Below, piece by piece: positions 25,690 to 36,954 of a stretch of 64,000 bases of DNA. Below the pieces are notes generated by a model. It was not told the DNA's origin and did no database searches. It worked only from the letters and a program-made list of their open reading frames with translations. This DNA is from Mobula hypostoma (lineage: Eukaryota). Each line of letters begins with the position of its first letter. Position 1 is the stretch's first letter. The position numbers and the translations under genes are program-made. The stretch covers positions 210,616,001 through 210,680,000 of the forward strand of contig NC_086097.1 of the NCBI RefSeq assembly GCF_963921235.1, read 5' to 3'.

Positions 25690-27520
25690 TGGAGTGTTCA
25701 AGGACGTCTTTAACCTTTCACTGCTTCAAGAAGAGCAGCGTAAGCTGCCTGATAATACTCACATCTACTGTGATGAAGTGTGTTTAAAACTTGCTCATGG
25801 CTAGAATTAACTCCTGCCTGATCAAGGACCGGGACTCGCTGCAATTTCCCCACTGTCACAATAGGTCAACATCGGATGCAATCTCACTGGCTCCCCACTT
25901 AGCTTTGAGCCACCTTGGCAAAAGCAATGCCTACATAAGGCTGCTGTTAATTGATTACATCTCAGTGTGCAACACAACAGCCCTCTCAGTACTAATCAAC
26001 AAGTTTCATAGCCTGGGTCTCTGTACCTCTCTTTGCGAGCACTGCGAGGGTCATGTTTTTTACTTCTCCAGTGTGTTCAACACCATCCGCCCTGCTCTTC
26101 TGGGGGAGAAGCTGACAGCGATGCAGGTGGATGCTTTCCTGGTGTCATGGATTCTTGATTACTTGACTGGCAGACCACAGTACGTGTGCTTGCAACACTA
26201 TGTGTCCGACAGAGTGATCAGCAGCACTGGGGCTCCACAGGGGACTGTCTTGTCTCCCTTTCTCTTCACCATTTACACCTCGGACTTCAACTACTGCACA
26301 GAGTCTTGTCATCTTCAGAAGTTTTCTGATGACTCTGACATAGTTGGATGCATCAGCAAGGGAGATGAGGCTGAGTACAGGGCTATGGTAGGAAACTTTG
26401 TCACATGGTGTGAGCAGAAATATCTGCAGCTTAATGTGAAAAAGTCTAAGGAGCTGGTGGTAGACCTGAGGAGAGCTAAGGTACCGGTGACCCCTGTTTC
26501 CATCCAGGGGGTCAGGGTGGACATGGTGGAGGATTACAAATACCTGGGGATACGAATTGACAATAAACTGGACTGGTCAAAGAACACTGAGGCTGTCTAC
26601 AAGAAGGGTCAGAGCCGTCTCTATTTCCTCAGGAGACTGAGGCCCTTTAACATCTGCTGGACGATGCTGAGGATGTTCTACGAGTCTGTGGTGGCCAGTG
26701 CTATCATGTTTGCTGTTGTGTGCTGGGGCAGCAGGCTGAGGGTAGCAGACACCAACAGAATCAACAAACTCATTTGTAAGGCCAGTGATGTTGTGGGGAT
26801 GGAACCGGACTCTATCACGGTGGTGTCTGAAAAGAGGATGCTGTCCAAGTTGCGTGCTATCTTGGACAATGTCTCCCATCCACTACATAATGTACTGGGT
26901 GGGCGCAGGAGTACATTCAGCCAGAGACTCATTCCGCCAAGATGCAGCACAGAGCGTCATAGGAAGTCATTCCTGCCTGTGGCCATCAAGCTTTACAACT
27001 CCTCCCTTGGAGGGTCAGACACCCTGTGCCAATAGGCTAGTCCTGGACTTATTTACTGGCATAATTTACATATTACTATTTAACTATTTATGGTGTTATT
27101 ACTATTTATTATTTATGGTGCAACTGTAAAGAAAACCAATTTCCCCCGGGATCAATAAAGTATGACTATGACTATGCAACTGGATCTCTGACTTCCTCAC
27201 TGGAAGATCAAGGATGTATGCTTATCCACTGCTGTACTCTCCACTCACATCTGTGCAGTTAGGCAGAGCTCAAAGGGCATCTTTAAATTCGCCGAGACCG
27301 CCGTTGTTGGTAGAATCTCATTTGGTGATAAGGAGGTGTAGAGGAGTGAGGTAGATTGGCAAGTTGAGTGGTATGACAAAAATGTCAGCATGACCAAAGA
27401 ATTGATTCTAGACCTCAGGAAGGGGAGATTTGGAGAACATACACCAATTCTCATTGAGGGGTCGGCAGCAGAAAGGGTGAGCACCTTTTAGTTCCTGGCA
27501 ACACCAGCTTAGTGGATCTG
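25690..27520 (+). mobile_element. Old Rex1/Babar-type LINE RT fragment hosting a younger Rex1-type insertion
   Basis: LQF..NRSTSDAISLA..HL..AYIRLLLIDY. The host sequence resumes as TGCAACTGGATC after 27175. Confidence 0.7.
26037..27175 (+). mobile_element. Rex1/Babar-type LINE, 5'-truncated, open RT C-terminal frame
   Basis: SSVFNTI, GAPQGTVLSPFLFTIYT, KFSDD, YKYLG motifs. AATAAA plus (GACTAT)n tail. Confidence 0.85.
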
Positions 27521-27521
27521 T

Positions 27522-27810
27522 TGTGACTGTGATCGAAGTCACCGGAGAGGTATTGGAGTTGCCAATCTGAAAGTCTTTTTTATCGTGACAAGTAGGCATT
27601 GTCTTGGAGCCACTCTTCGTAGAGGCTCAGAAACCCAAAGGAACATCCCATTTTTATACCCTTAAGATCAAAGGTAACAGTTGTTGATTCAATACAATCT
27701 CAAAAGTTACAATGACATCATTTACTTTAATATCTTGGATTTACAATGCTTCCTTTGAATTACGTATCTATAGTGGGAGACAACTTTTAATGTTCAAACA
27801 CTCCTGTTGA
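27522..27810. mobile_element. LTR-like fragment, related to 52399-52620
   Basis: Both start TGT(G/A)ACTGTGA..AAGTCACC.GAGA and share AAGATCAAAGGTAACAG. Right end not defined. Confidence 0.45.
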
Positions 27811-28025
27811 CACAAATATTCTATAAACTTCTGAAGACAGAGAGCCAGATGCCAGATCAGCTCTTAATTGCAACTATACCTGTGACGATGCTTGATATGT
27901 TAAGTGATAACTTCAGCCTGGCCCACCAGCTTGAACTCCATCACAATGCTGCAAATAGCTTAGGCTTGTTGCCTGGGTTGATGCAGGTCAATAACATAAG
28001 GTCATTGTCTTATCGTTTGGCTGAT

Positions 28026-29400
28026 CAAAGTTCAAAGTAAATTTTATTATCTAAGTACATATATGTCATGATATACAAACCTGAGATTAATCTTCCTCTG
28101 GGCATACTCAGCATATTTATAGAATAGCAACTATAATAGGATCAATGAAAGATCAACTAGAGTGCAGAAGACAGCAAACTGTGCAAACACAAATATGAAT
28201 AAATAGTAGTAAATAACTAGAACATGAGATATCAAGATAAAGAATCCTTATAGTCAAATCATTGGTTGAGGGAACATCTCAATGGATGGGCAAGTGAGTG
28301 TAGTTATCCCTTTTGTTCACGAGCTTGATGGTTGTAGGGTAGTAACTGTTCTTAAACCTGATCATGCGCGTCATGAGGCTCTTGTACTTTCTACCTGATG
28401 GCAGCATCAAGAAAAGAGCACAGCCTTGGTGGTGGGGATCTTTAATAATGGAAGCTGCTTTCCTACGACAGTATTTCATGTAGATGTGCTCAATGGTTGG
28501 AAGGGGTTTATCCGTGATGTACTGGGATGAATCCACTATCTTTTGCAGGATTTTCTTTTCAAAGGCATAGGTGTTTCCATACCAGGCCATGATGGAGCCA
28601 GTCAATATGCTCTCCACCACGCATCTGCAGAAGTTTGTAGAAGTTTTATAAGTCATTCCAAATCTCTGCAAACTATCAAGGATGTAGAGGTACTGCCGTG
28701 CATTTATGTGCTGGGTCCAGGACAGCTCCCCTTAAATACTAACACCCAGGAAGTTAAAGTTGCTAACCCTCTCCAGCTCTGATTCTCCAATGAGGACTGG
28801 CTCATGGACCTCTAGTTTCCCTCTCCTGCAGCATATAATCTGTTCCTTGGTCTAGGTGACATTGAGTGAGAAATTGTTGTTATGATACCACTCAGCCAGG
28901 TTTTCGATCTCCCTCCTGTATGCTGATTCATCACCATCTTTGATACAGCCCTCAACAGTGGTGTCATCAGCAGACTTGAATATGGTATTAGAGCTGTGCT
29001 TAGCCATACAGACATAGGTGTAAGGTGAGTAGAACAAGGGGCTAAGCACACTGCCCTGTGATGCACCTATGCTGATGGAGATTGTGGAGGAGTTGTTGCC
29101 ATTCCAAACTGACAGGGGCTATAAGTGAGGAAATAGAGGCTCAAATTGCACAAGTGGGTATTAAGGTCAAGGTCTTGGAGCTTATTGATTAATTTTGAGG
29201 GAATGATGGTATTAAATCCTGAGATGAAATTGATAAAGGGCATCCTGATGTATGCATCTTTGCTGTTCAGATGTTTCAGGGTTGAGTGAAGAGCCAATGA
29301 GATGGCATCTGCTGTGAACCTGTTGCTTCGGTAGGCAAATTGGAGCAGATCCAAGTCACCATTCTGACAGGAGCTGATGTGTTTCAATCCCTGCAAGGTT
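28026..29400 (-). mobile_element. Rex1/Babar-type LINE, decayed
   Basis: LQFAYRSNR..DAISLALH, KSADDTTV, IIKDPHHQG..RFKNSYYP. Tail AAAGTTCAAAGT. Confidence 0.85.
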
Positions 29401-29924
29401 ACTTTGTCTTATGTTCACAGGCAACAGTTCACACTCAATGCATTGATAACAGGCCTCTCAGTCCCTTTGATTTGGGGCGGCCACTCTTTGAATTGCTGCA
29501 AGAAGGCCATCCTAGTGGCATCCTTCCTCCAGACTATCCTTTCAATTGCTGGCCCAACCACTGAAATGGCCCAGATGATTTGTGGCTGCCTTCAGACACT
29601 ATGTGCAATACCCTCTCTCTTTCTTCGTCTGCCTTGATATTAAGATCGTGTAACAAACAAGATGTGGAATCTGATAGATCTTCCCACCTATTTTCCAAAT
29701 ATCTTTCTATTCTGATCTATATAACTAATCATCTACCTTCCAGAACAAAGTACCATTACTATTATATTTTAGTGCATTATTCATGGCTTGCTGTCATGCT
29801 TTCTCCATGTCTTCTGTATTCCTGTTCCTTTTCATTCGCAGGTCTTCTTCAATCATGGTTGTTATTTAAGTTTTCTACAATGAGATTCCAAAAGAACTGA
29901 AACTCAGTCAGTGCATTGACAATA

Positions 29925-30882
29925 CCCAACACAGAACAGCAATGGCTGGAGTTTCTGGGGGAAATTCAGAAGGCGCGGATTCAGCCATGATGAAATGGCA
30001 GAGCAGATTCAATGGGCCAAATGGCCTAATTCTGCTCCTGTAACTTATGGTCTTATGGTATTACGATAGATACATGGCAAAGGTAAATATGTATCCTAAA
30101 GGGAGGATGAGGCAACCATGGCTGTCAAGGGAAGTCTAAGACAGCATAAAAGTAAAAGAGAGGGCATATAATATTGCACAAATTAGTGGGAAGTTAGAGG
30201 ATTGGGATCCTTTTAACCAATAGAAGGCAACTAAAAAAGACATAAATCAAAAAAAAGAAATATGAAGGCAAGCTACCTAATAATATAATGGGGGATATAA
30301 AAGTTTTTTTCGGATATGTAAGGAGTAAAAGAGAGACCAGAGTAGACATTGGACTGCTGGAAAATAACACTGGAGAGGTAGTATTGGGGGACAAAGAAAT
30401 GGTGGAGAAACTTTATTTTTTTTTAGGCGTCCGTTAGTCTCGTGAGACCATGGATTTGTGCCTTGGAAGATTGTATGGAAGACCGGCAGTTCCCCATGCT
30501 GCAAGTCTCCCCTCTCCACGCCACCAATGTTGTCCAAGGGAACGGCACTAGGGCCGATACAGCCTGGCACCAGTGTCGTCACCAGACCAATGTATGGTTA
30601 AGTGCCTTGCTCAAGGACACAACATGCTGCCTCAGCTGAAGCTCGAAATAGTGACCTTCAGATCACTAGACCAATGCCTTAACCACTTGGCCACATGCCA
30701 CACTTAATAAATATTTGGCATCAGTCTTCAGTGTGAGAGGTACTGGCAGAATGCCAGAAAGGCAAGCGTGTCGGGGGAAGAAGTAAGTGTCATTGCTGTT
30801 ACTATGGAGAAGGTGTTTGAAAAGCCTGAAGGTGGATGTCACTTGGACCAGATGGACTACATCCCAGGGTCCTGAAAGAGCT
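29925..30882 (+). mobile_element. CR1 ORF2 fragment with nested CR1 tail (about 29975-30060) and SINE
   Basis: QPWLSREV, SLGPDGLHPRVLKE. Confidence 0.75.
30413..30701 (-). mobile_element. tRNA-headed SINE with RTE-related body
   Basis: Minus strand begins GTGGCATGTGGCCAAGTGGTTAAGG (A box) followed by TGTCCTTGAGCAAGGCACTTAACC. The body shares CCGATACAGC.TGGCACCAGTGTC with 51770-52365. Confidence 0.65.
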
Positions 30883-31335
30883 AGCTCACTTTCTTCTGCC
30901 TTTATTGTTTCTCCCCTACACCCTAAGACAAATAACCCCCCCACTTGTGGGTAAGGATAGGTCAATTATGGACACTGAAGCTCCTGTGTCCACTATCATA
31001 TCACGCAGCTGGCCCCCTACTAAAACTCTCATACACATCCATGGGTGGCTAGTTCTGGCATTGAGGTTTGATGGACTTGGATGCTCTCTTTACTAGTTCT
31101 ATAGTTTGGTGAGTGGTTAATGTGGATAGAGAAGGTTCTGCTGTGGTTTTAGCTTGTCTTAGTGGGTGACTGTCACAGTTTTTCCCTCTTTGTGACATAG
31201 CTTCTGACTGTGGCCTGGGAGGCCACTGCCGTAACAAACCATCATTTACACTTCTCTGTTTGTTCTGGCTGTTCTTGCTAGGTGCCCTAGCTGCTGCACA
31301 CAAAACAAAGAAGTGAAGACCAATTTCTTGCATTT
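30883..31335 (-). mobile_element. LTR-retroelement gag-end/aspartic protease fragment
   Basis: Minus frame RVLVGGQLRDMIVDTGASVSII; the DTGA active site is at 30979-30990. Confidence 0.7.
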
Positions 31336-32060
31336 ATCTTCCTTGGAATTATGTTGTCAAAACAGCTGACATGGACCTCCAACACCTTGCTGATTGTAAA
31401 AAAGGCACAACAAAGACTCTTCTTCCTCAGAAAGCTGAAACAGGCCAAACTCCCACAAAAGCTGTTGCTTAACTTCTACAGAAGCACAATTGAAACCACC
31501 CTGACCAATAGCGCCACAGTGTGGTATGCCAGCTGCACAGTCCCTGAGCGACAAGACCCGCATCGCGTGGTGAAGGCGGCCCAGCAAATTGTCAGGATAG
31601 AGCTCCCAGGACTGGACACCATCTATTCCAGCCCACTCAGGAGGAAAGCAGTCAGCAAAACCAGAGACATCACACACCCCGGCCACTCCCTGTTTGACCC
31701 GCTGCCGTCCAGCAAAAGGTTCAGGACACTAAAAGCCAGAACAAACAGACTGAGGAACAGCTTCTATCCCAGAGCTGTGGCCTGAATCACGCCACTCCCA
31801 CAGAACAACGACTGAAACTGTGAGCACACACATGCACACACAAGGAGTCAGATACTTGCACTAACGGCACTTTGTGCATTACTGTGATATTCTGGTGCTG
31901 CTGCAACTTATTTTCTGCTACTTATCTATTTAATACTGTTTTTCTATTACTGTATTGTTTTTATCTACCGCTTTATTTAATTGCCTGAGAGGAAGCCAAA
32001 CAAAGTTTCATTGTACCTATATATAATGACAATAAAGATCATACAATTCAATTCAATTCT
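31336..32060 (+). mobile_element. Rex1/Babar-type LINE 3' end
   Basis: KKAQQRLFFLRKL..HPGHSLF..RTNRLRNSFYP. AATAAA plus (CAATT)n tail. Confidence 0.85.
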
Positions 32061-32604
32061 AATTGAATTCACAGTAGCATTCATCCATCAGGGGCAAGAG
32101 AAGATCAATGTTCAGGCAAGTTCTATTCCTAATCATGGGAATTCCAAGGAACCAAAGAAGTTTATTTCATGGAAATTGCCCATTCAGCTCTTTGTGTCAG
32201 AGACCTTTATAATGGGATCTCAAAACTAGTCATACGACTCGTTTCTCTCATTCTCTGTTTTAATTGTTCTCCCTTGTTCATTATAAGGTTCAATGACTCT
32301 ACTTCAGTCATCCCCCATTGGAATATATTATATAATGCAAAAGTCTGCGCAGTAAGAATATCTTCACCTCTTTTGGGGAGACCCACACATCATCAGCAGA
32401 ATGGAGGCAACAGAGAAGGACATGGCAACTAATTGTGAAAAGCTATGTATCTGGACAATATATAGCTATGTATCTGTGTTCTGGATATTCTAGATAAATA
32501 GGTAGAAAAGATTGTAATAACATTTCGGATGTCTATTTAAAAACTCAACTGTAGCTATAAATCTTTAGTTCCCTGCAAAGTACAATTCAGCTCAGTTAGA
32601 AGAA

Positions 32605-32745
32605 TTCTTGATGAAGGATCTCGACCCGAAATGTTGACTAATTACTCTTTTCCATAGATGCTGCCTGGCCTGCTGAGTTCCTCCAGCATTTTGTGTGTGT
32701 TGCTTTGGATTTGCAGCATCCGCAGATTCTTTCGTGTTTGTCCAT
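32605..32745 (+). mobile_element. Penelope-derived tail with degenerate hammerhead
   Basis: TTGATGAAGGATCTCGACCCGAAATGTTGAC followed by the shared tail. Confidence 0.75.
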
Positions 32746-32799
32746 TAGAAGAAGACCAACTTGATAGCTGAGATGTTCTTGGCCAATGAAAGCCCCACT

Positions 32800-33315
32800 A
32801 CAACTTCCTGATCAACAGACCACAATCAGTGAGGACAGGTAGCAATGATACCTCTACCAGCCTTCTACTCTCAGCCCTAACCTGTGTGGTCAGATTCTGC
32901 TCTAATTCCCTCTACAAGTTTGCAGATGATACCTCCGTACCGATCATATCTTCAATAACAATGAGTCGGAGTACACAAAGTGGATATAGAGATTATAACA
33001 ATGTCACAGCTCAACAAACATACCATAGGGCGCTATGGTTGCATAGTGGTTAGCGCAAAGCAATTATTGCTTAAGGCATCGGAGTTCGGAGTTCGGAGTT
33101 CAATTCCAGCGTCGTCTATAAGGAGTTTGTGCACTCTACCCATGACTGTATGCGTGTCCTCTGGGTGCTCCGGTTTCCTCCCACATTCCAAAGACACACC
33201 AGTTAGTAGGTTAATTGGTCATTGTAAATTGTCCTTTGATTAGGTCAGTGTTAAATCGGTGGGTTGCTGGGCAGCACAAATCATTGGGCCAGGAGCTCTT
33301 GTTCGGCAATGTACA

Positions 33316-33359
<44 letters not shown>

Positions 33360-34030
33360 CAAAAGAGCCAGTCATTGACTTCAGCAAAAGGGGTAGTGCA
33401 CATGCTCCCGTCTTCATCAATGTTGATGAGGTTGTGAGGATTGAGAGCGTTATGTTCCTATGAGTGAATATCAGCAATAGCCTGTTGTGGCCCTACCACA
33501 TAGATGCCACAGCAAAGGAAGCTTACCAATGCATCTTCATTCTCAGGAGGCTAAAGCAATTTGGCATGTCCCTGACAGCCCTTATCAATTTTTAATGATG
33601 CATCATAGAAAACTTCCTGTCTGGGTGCATAACAGGTTGGTATGGCAACTAGTCTGCATGTTCAGCCAGTGCAATAAAAGACACGCCCAACCCAGATATT
33701 CTCCCTTCTACTCTCATACACTGAGCAGAAATTTTAAAAGCACATATCACCAAGCTCAGGGACAGTTTCTATCCCACTGTCATAAGACTATTAAATGATT
33801 TCCTAGTATGATATCTCCCAATCTACCTTGTTATGATCTTATGATCTGATTATTTACCTTAACTGAACTTTCTGTGTAGCTGTTACACTTTATTCTGTTA
33901 TTGTTTACCTTGTTCCACCTCAATGTACTATGTAATGATTTGATTTGTAGGAACAGTATGCAAGACAAATTCTTCACTGTATCTCAGCATATGCGGCCAT
34001 AATAAACTATTTCCAATACCAATACCAAGG
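32800..34030 (+). mobile_element. Old Rex/L2-type LINE 3' region interrupted by a SINE
   Basis: YKFADDT motif; (ATACCA)n tail at about 34015. Confidence 0.65.
33030..33358 (+). mobile_element. tRNA-derived V-SINE (HE1-like) with (AAAT)n tail
   Basis: A box TAGTGGTTAG, B box GTTCAATTCC, V-domain GGGTGCTCCGGTTTCCTCCCACATTCCAAAGAC. Confidence 0.85.
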
Positions 34031-35171
34031 AAAACACCAACACCAGCTCGTGAAATGTTCTCACTTCCCTGCATCGTTCTGACAGACAGCACTTTGCCAC
34101 AGCTCAAGGGAGCACTATTACTGTTAAGATTGTTTACACTATTTAATACATTGCACATGTTGGCTTCCACAGTACAAGGCAGTGCTTCAGGCATGCATGA
34201 ACTCATTTAATTTATATTCCATGGCGCCGGCCATTTTAAACATGGAGAAGATTAAATGCCCTGGAGAAAGAACGAATTCATCCCTGATTGATTTCCTCCA
34301 TTTGCTCAGCAATTGTGGACAGTTTGCATGACAGTCAGTGGCTTTCACATTTTCTGCTGATGATTATCCACCAGACAGATGATCACTGAAGTTCTGCATG
34401 GGCTTGTCATTGAGCAAAATCAGATGCCTGCAGGCACAAATGAAATTCTCTGAAAGTTTAAATAGAAATAGAAAATCTTGGAAGTGCCCAATGTTTTAGG
34501 TCACACCTCTGGGGAGAGAAGCAGAGTTAATGTTAGAAATTAAGTAGATTTTGACTGAAGGGAAAGGGGACCAACTTCAGGGATTGCGACTCTCATACTG
34601 TGAAAGGGATGGTGCGAAAGAGTTTGTCAAATGTGCTCAGGAAAGTTTCCTTAATCAATACATAGAAATCCCAACTGGGAAGAGTGCAATACTAAATCTC
34701 CTATTGGGAATGAGACAGGGTAGGTGACAAAAGTTTGTGTAGGGGAACTGCATCTTGTGATTATAATGATTTGGAATGTCACCTAAAACACTCAAAAATT
34801 TCTACATATGTACCATGGAGAGCATTCTGACTGGCTGCATCACCATCTGGTATGGGGGTGGGGTGGGGAGAGGTGGAATGCTATCGCACAGGATCGAAGT
34901 AAGCTGCAGAGAGTTGCAAAATTGGTCAGCTCCATCATGGGTCCTAGCCTCTATAGTATCCAAGACATTTTCAAGGAGTAGTGCCTCAAAACTGACGTAC
35001 ATCATTGAGAACCCCCATCACCCAGACATGCCCTCTTCTCACTGGTACTATCAGCAAGGAGGTACAGAAGCATGAAGGCACAAACTCAGCTATTCAGGAA
35101 CAGCTTCTTTCCCTCTGCCATCTGATTTCTAAACACTGCCTCACTACTTTTTTATTTATGTTTTTGCACTA

Positions 35172-36818
35172 CAGTCGACCTTCACTAATCCGACTACCTG
35201 TAATCTGGTTCCTTCGATAATCCGGCACTGATTTCAAACTTCCCGCTCAACTGTAATTTCAAATTTCCCGGGCCACCGTACCAATCTTCTGCGCATTGTT
35301 TTGGTTGCACTAGATCTGTTCACGTGTTGGCGCGCTCTTGTAAGCACAGACAGGTGATTCCTGCTTGTTTTCCTGCATTTATTAATATCATTGGCTCTTA
35401 TTTAGCCCCAATTATGGCTCCAGTGAGTAAAGGAAATGCACCTCATGCTGTGAAGTGAAAACACCGCACATTATCCATTAAAGGTAAAGTTGAACTCTTG
35501 AAAAAACTAGACAGTGGTGTATTGGTGAAAAGCTTGTGCGAGTGTTAAAACATTGACTCGTCTACAGTGTACGATATAAAGAAACAGAAAGAAAAACTGC
35601 TACATTTTTTTGCTGATAGTGGCTCAAAGAAACAGATGTGCGTAAGAAAAACAATGAAAGACAGAAGAAGTTTAGAACTAGATAAAGTGCTGATAACGTG
35701 GTTTAATCTTCGTGTAAGTGAAGGTGTTGAATTATCTGGAGATATGGTGAAGGAATGAAGAACTAGGACTAGATTATGAGTGTGACTATAGTGAAGGCTG
35801 GCTTCATCGGTTTAAGCAACGTCATGGTTTACAGTTCCGTGCAGTGTGTGGCGAAGAACATTCAGCATTCAAGGAAGCAGCAGCAGAGTTTGTTGACGAG
35901 TTCGCCAAGTTAGCCTCCGATGAAAAATTAAGCCCCGAGCAAGTGTACAATGCTGAAGAGACTGCTTTGTATTGGAGATGTACACCAAGAAGAACACTAA
36001 CAACAGCAGATGCAGATTCACCAACAGGGTATAAGGCATCGAGAGATCATGTGACTTTGCTGGGCTGCTCTAATGCTGCAGGAACCCACAGATGTAAGTT
36101 ACTGGTCATTGGCGAAAGTTTACGTCCCAGGGCCTTCAAAGGTATGACGCATTTTCCTGTAATTTACCATGCTAACAAATAGAGATGGATTATAACTAGC
36201 AAGTTGAAGTATCGTTCCCTGTTTATGAGGTGCCTTTTGAGTGCAGTTAATGCTGGCAGACCGGTAAAGGAATTTATAAAGGGTTTTAATATGAAAGAGA
36301 TGATTTACTGTGCTGCTAATGCTTGGAGGTCTGTAGAGCCATCCACACTGAAGAATGGTTGGAATAGATTATGGCCAGGTTCAATGTTTGAATCTGCAGC
36401 TGGTGAAGACACTGGAAATGACTTTACAGTTCCAGATGCTTCACTCATTTTTCAAGATGAAGATGTTGATGATCCTGACAACCCCACACTTGCAGTCAGG
36501 TAACTTGCCTGAAGGTATGTTAAACGTCTCACTTTAGAAGCGGAAGTGCTCAACTTTTCTGTATAAGTTAACTCCTGTACATTTACCTGTATCCTTTATT
36601 TTATCTGTGCCTGTATAGTATATTACTTTACGAAAATTTCACTTGCTACTCATTTAATATTTCTGTTTCATTATTATCTAACTTGTACTGATTTACATGA
36701 TATTTTAAAGTATGAGGCAATTAGCTATTGCTTAATGTGATCCTTCTGTAATTCGGCATTTTCACTTATCTGGCACTGCGCAGGTCCCAATGGTGCCGGA
36801 TTAGTGAAAGTCAACCTG
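35172..36818 (+). mobile_element. Tigger/pogo DNA transposon, defective transposase
   Basis: TA TSDs. TIRs CAGTCGACCTTCACTAATCCG / CGGATTAGTGAAAGTCAACCTG. CENP-B HTH and QVYNAEETALYWR..SNAAGTH DDE pieces. Inserted in a Rex-type tail (about 34770-36950). Confidence 0.9.
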
Positions 36819-36954
36819 TACTTATTTAATGTAACTATTTGAAATACTTACTGTTAGTGTTTTTCCTTATGTTATTATGCATTGCATTGTACTGCTGCTG
36901 TGAAGTTAACAAATTTCACGACATAGGCCAATGATATTAAACCTGATTCTGATT

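Noticed and set aside
33030..33110. tRNA gene
   Set aside because: The A/B boxes belong to a SINE head and there is no cloverleaf.
35413..36503. Domesticated Tigger/Jerky-like gene
   Set aside because: Multiple stops and deletions with TIRs and TSD retained: a dead transposon.
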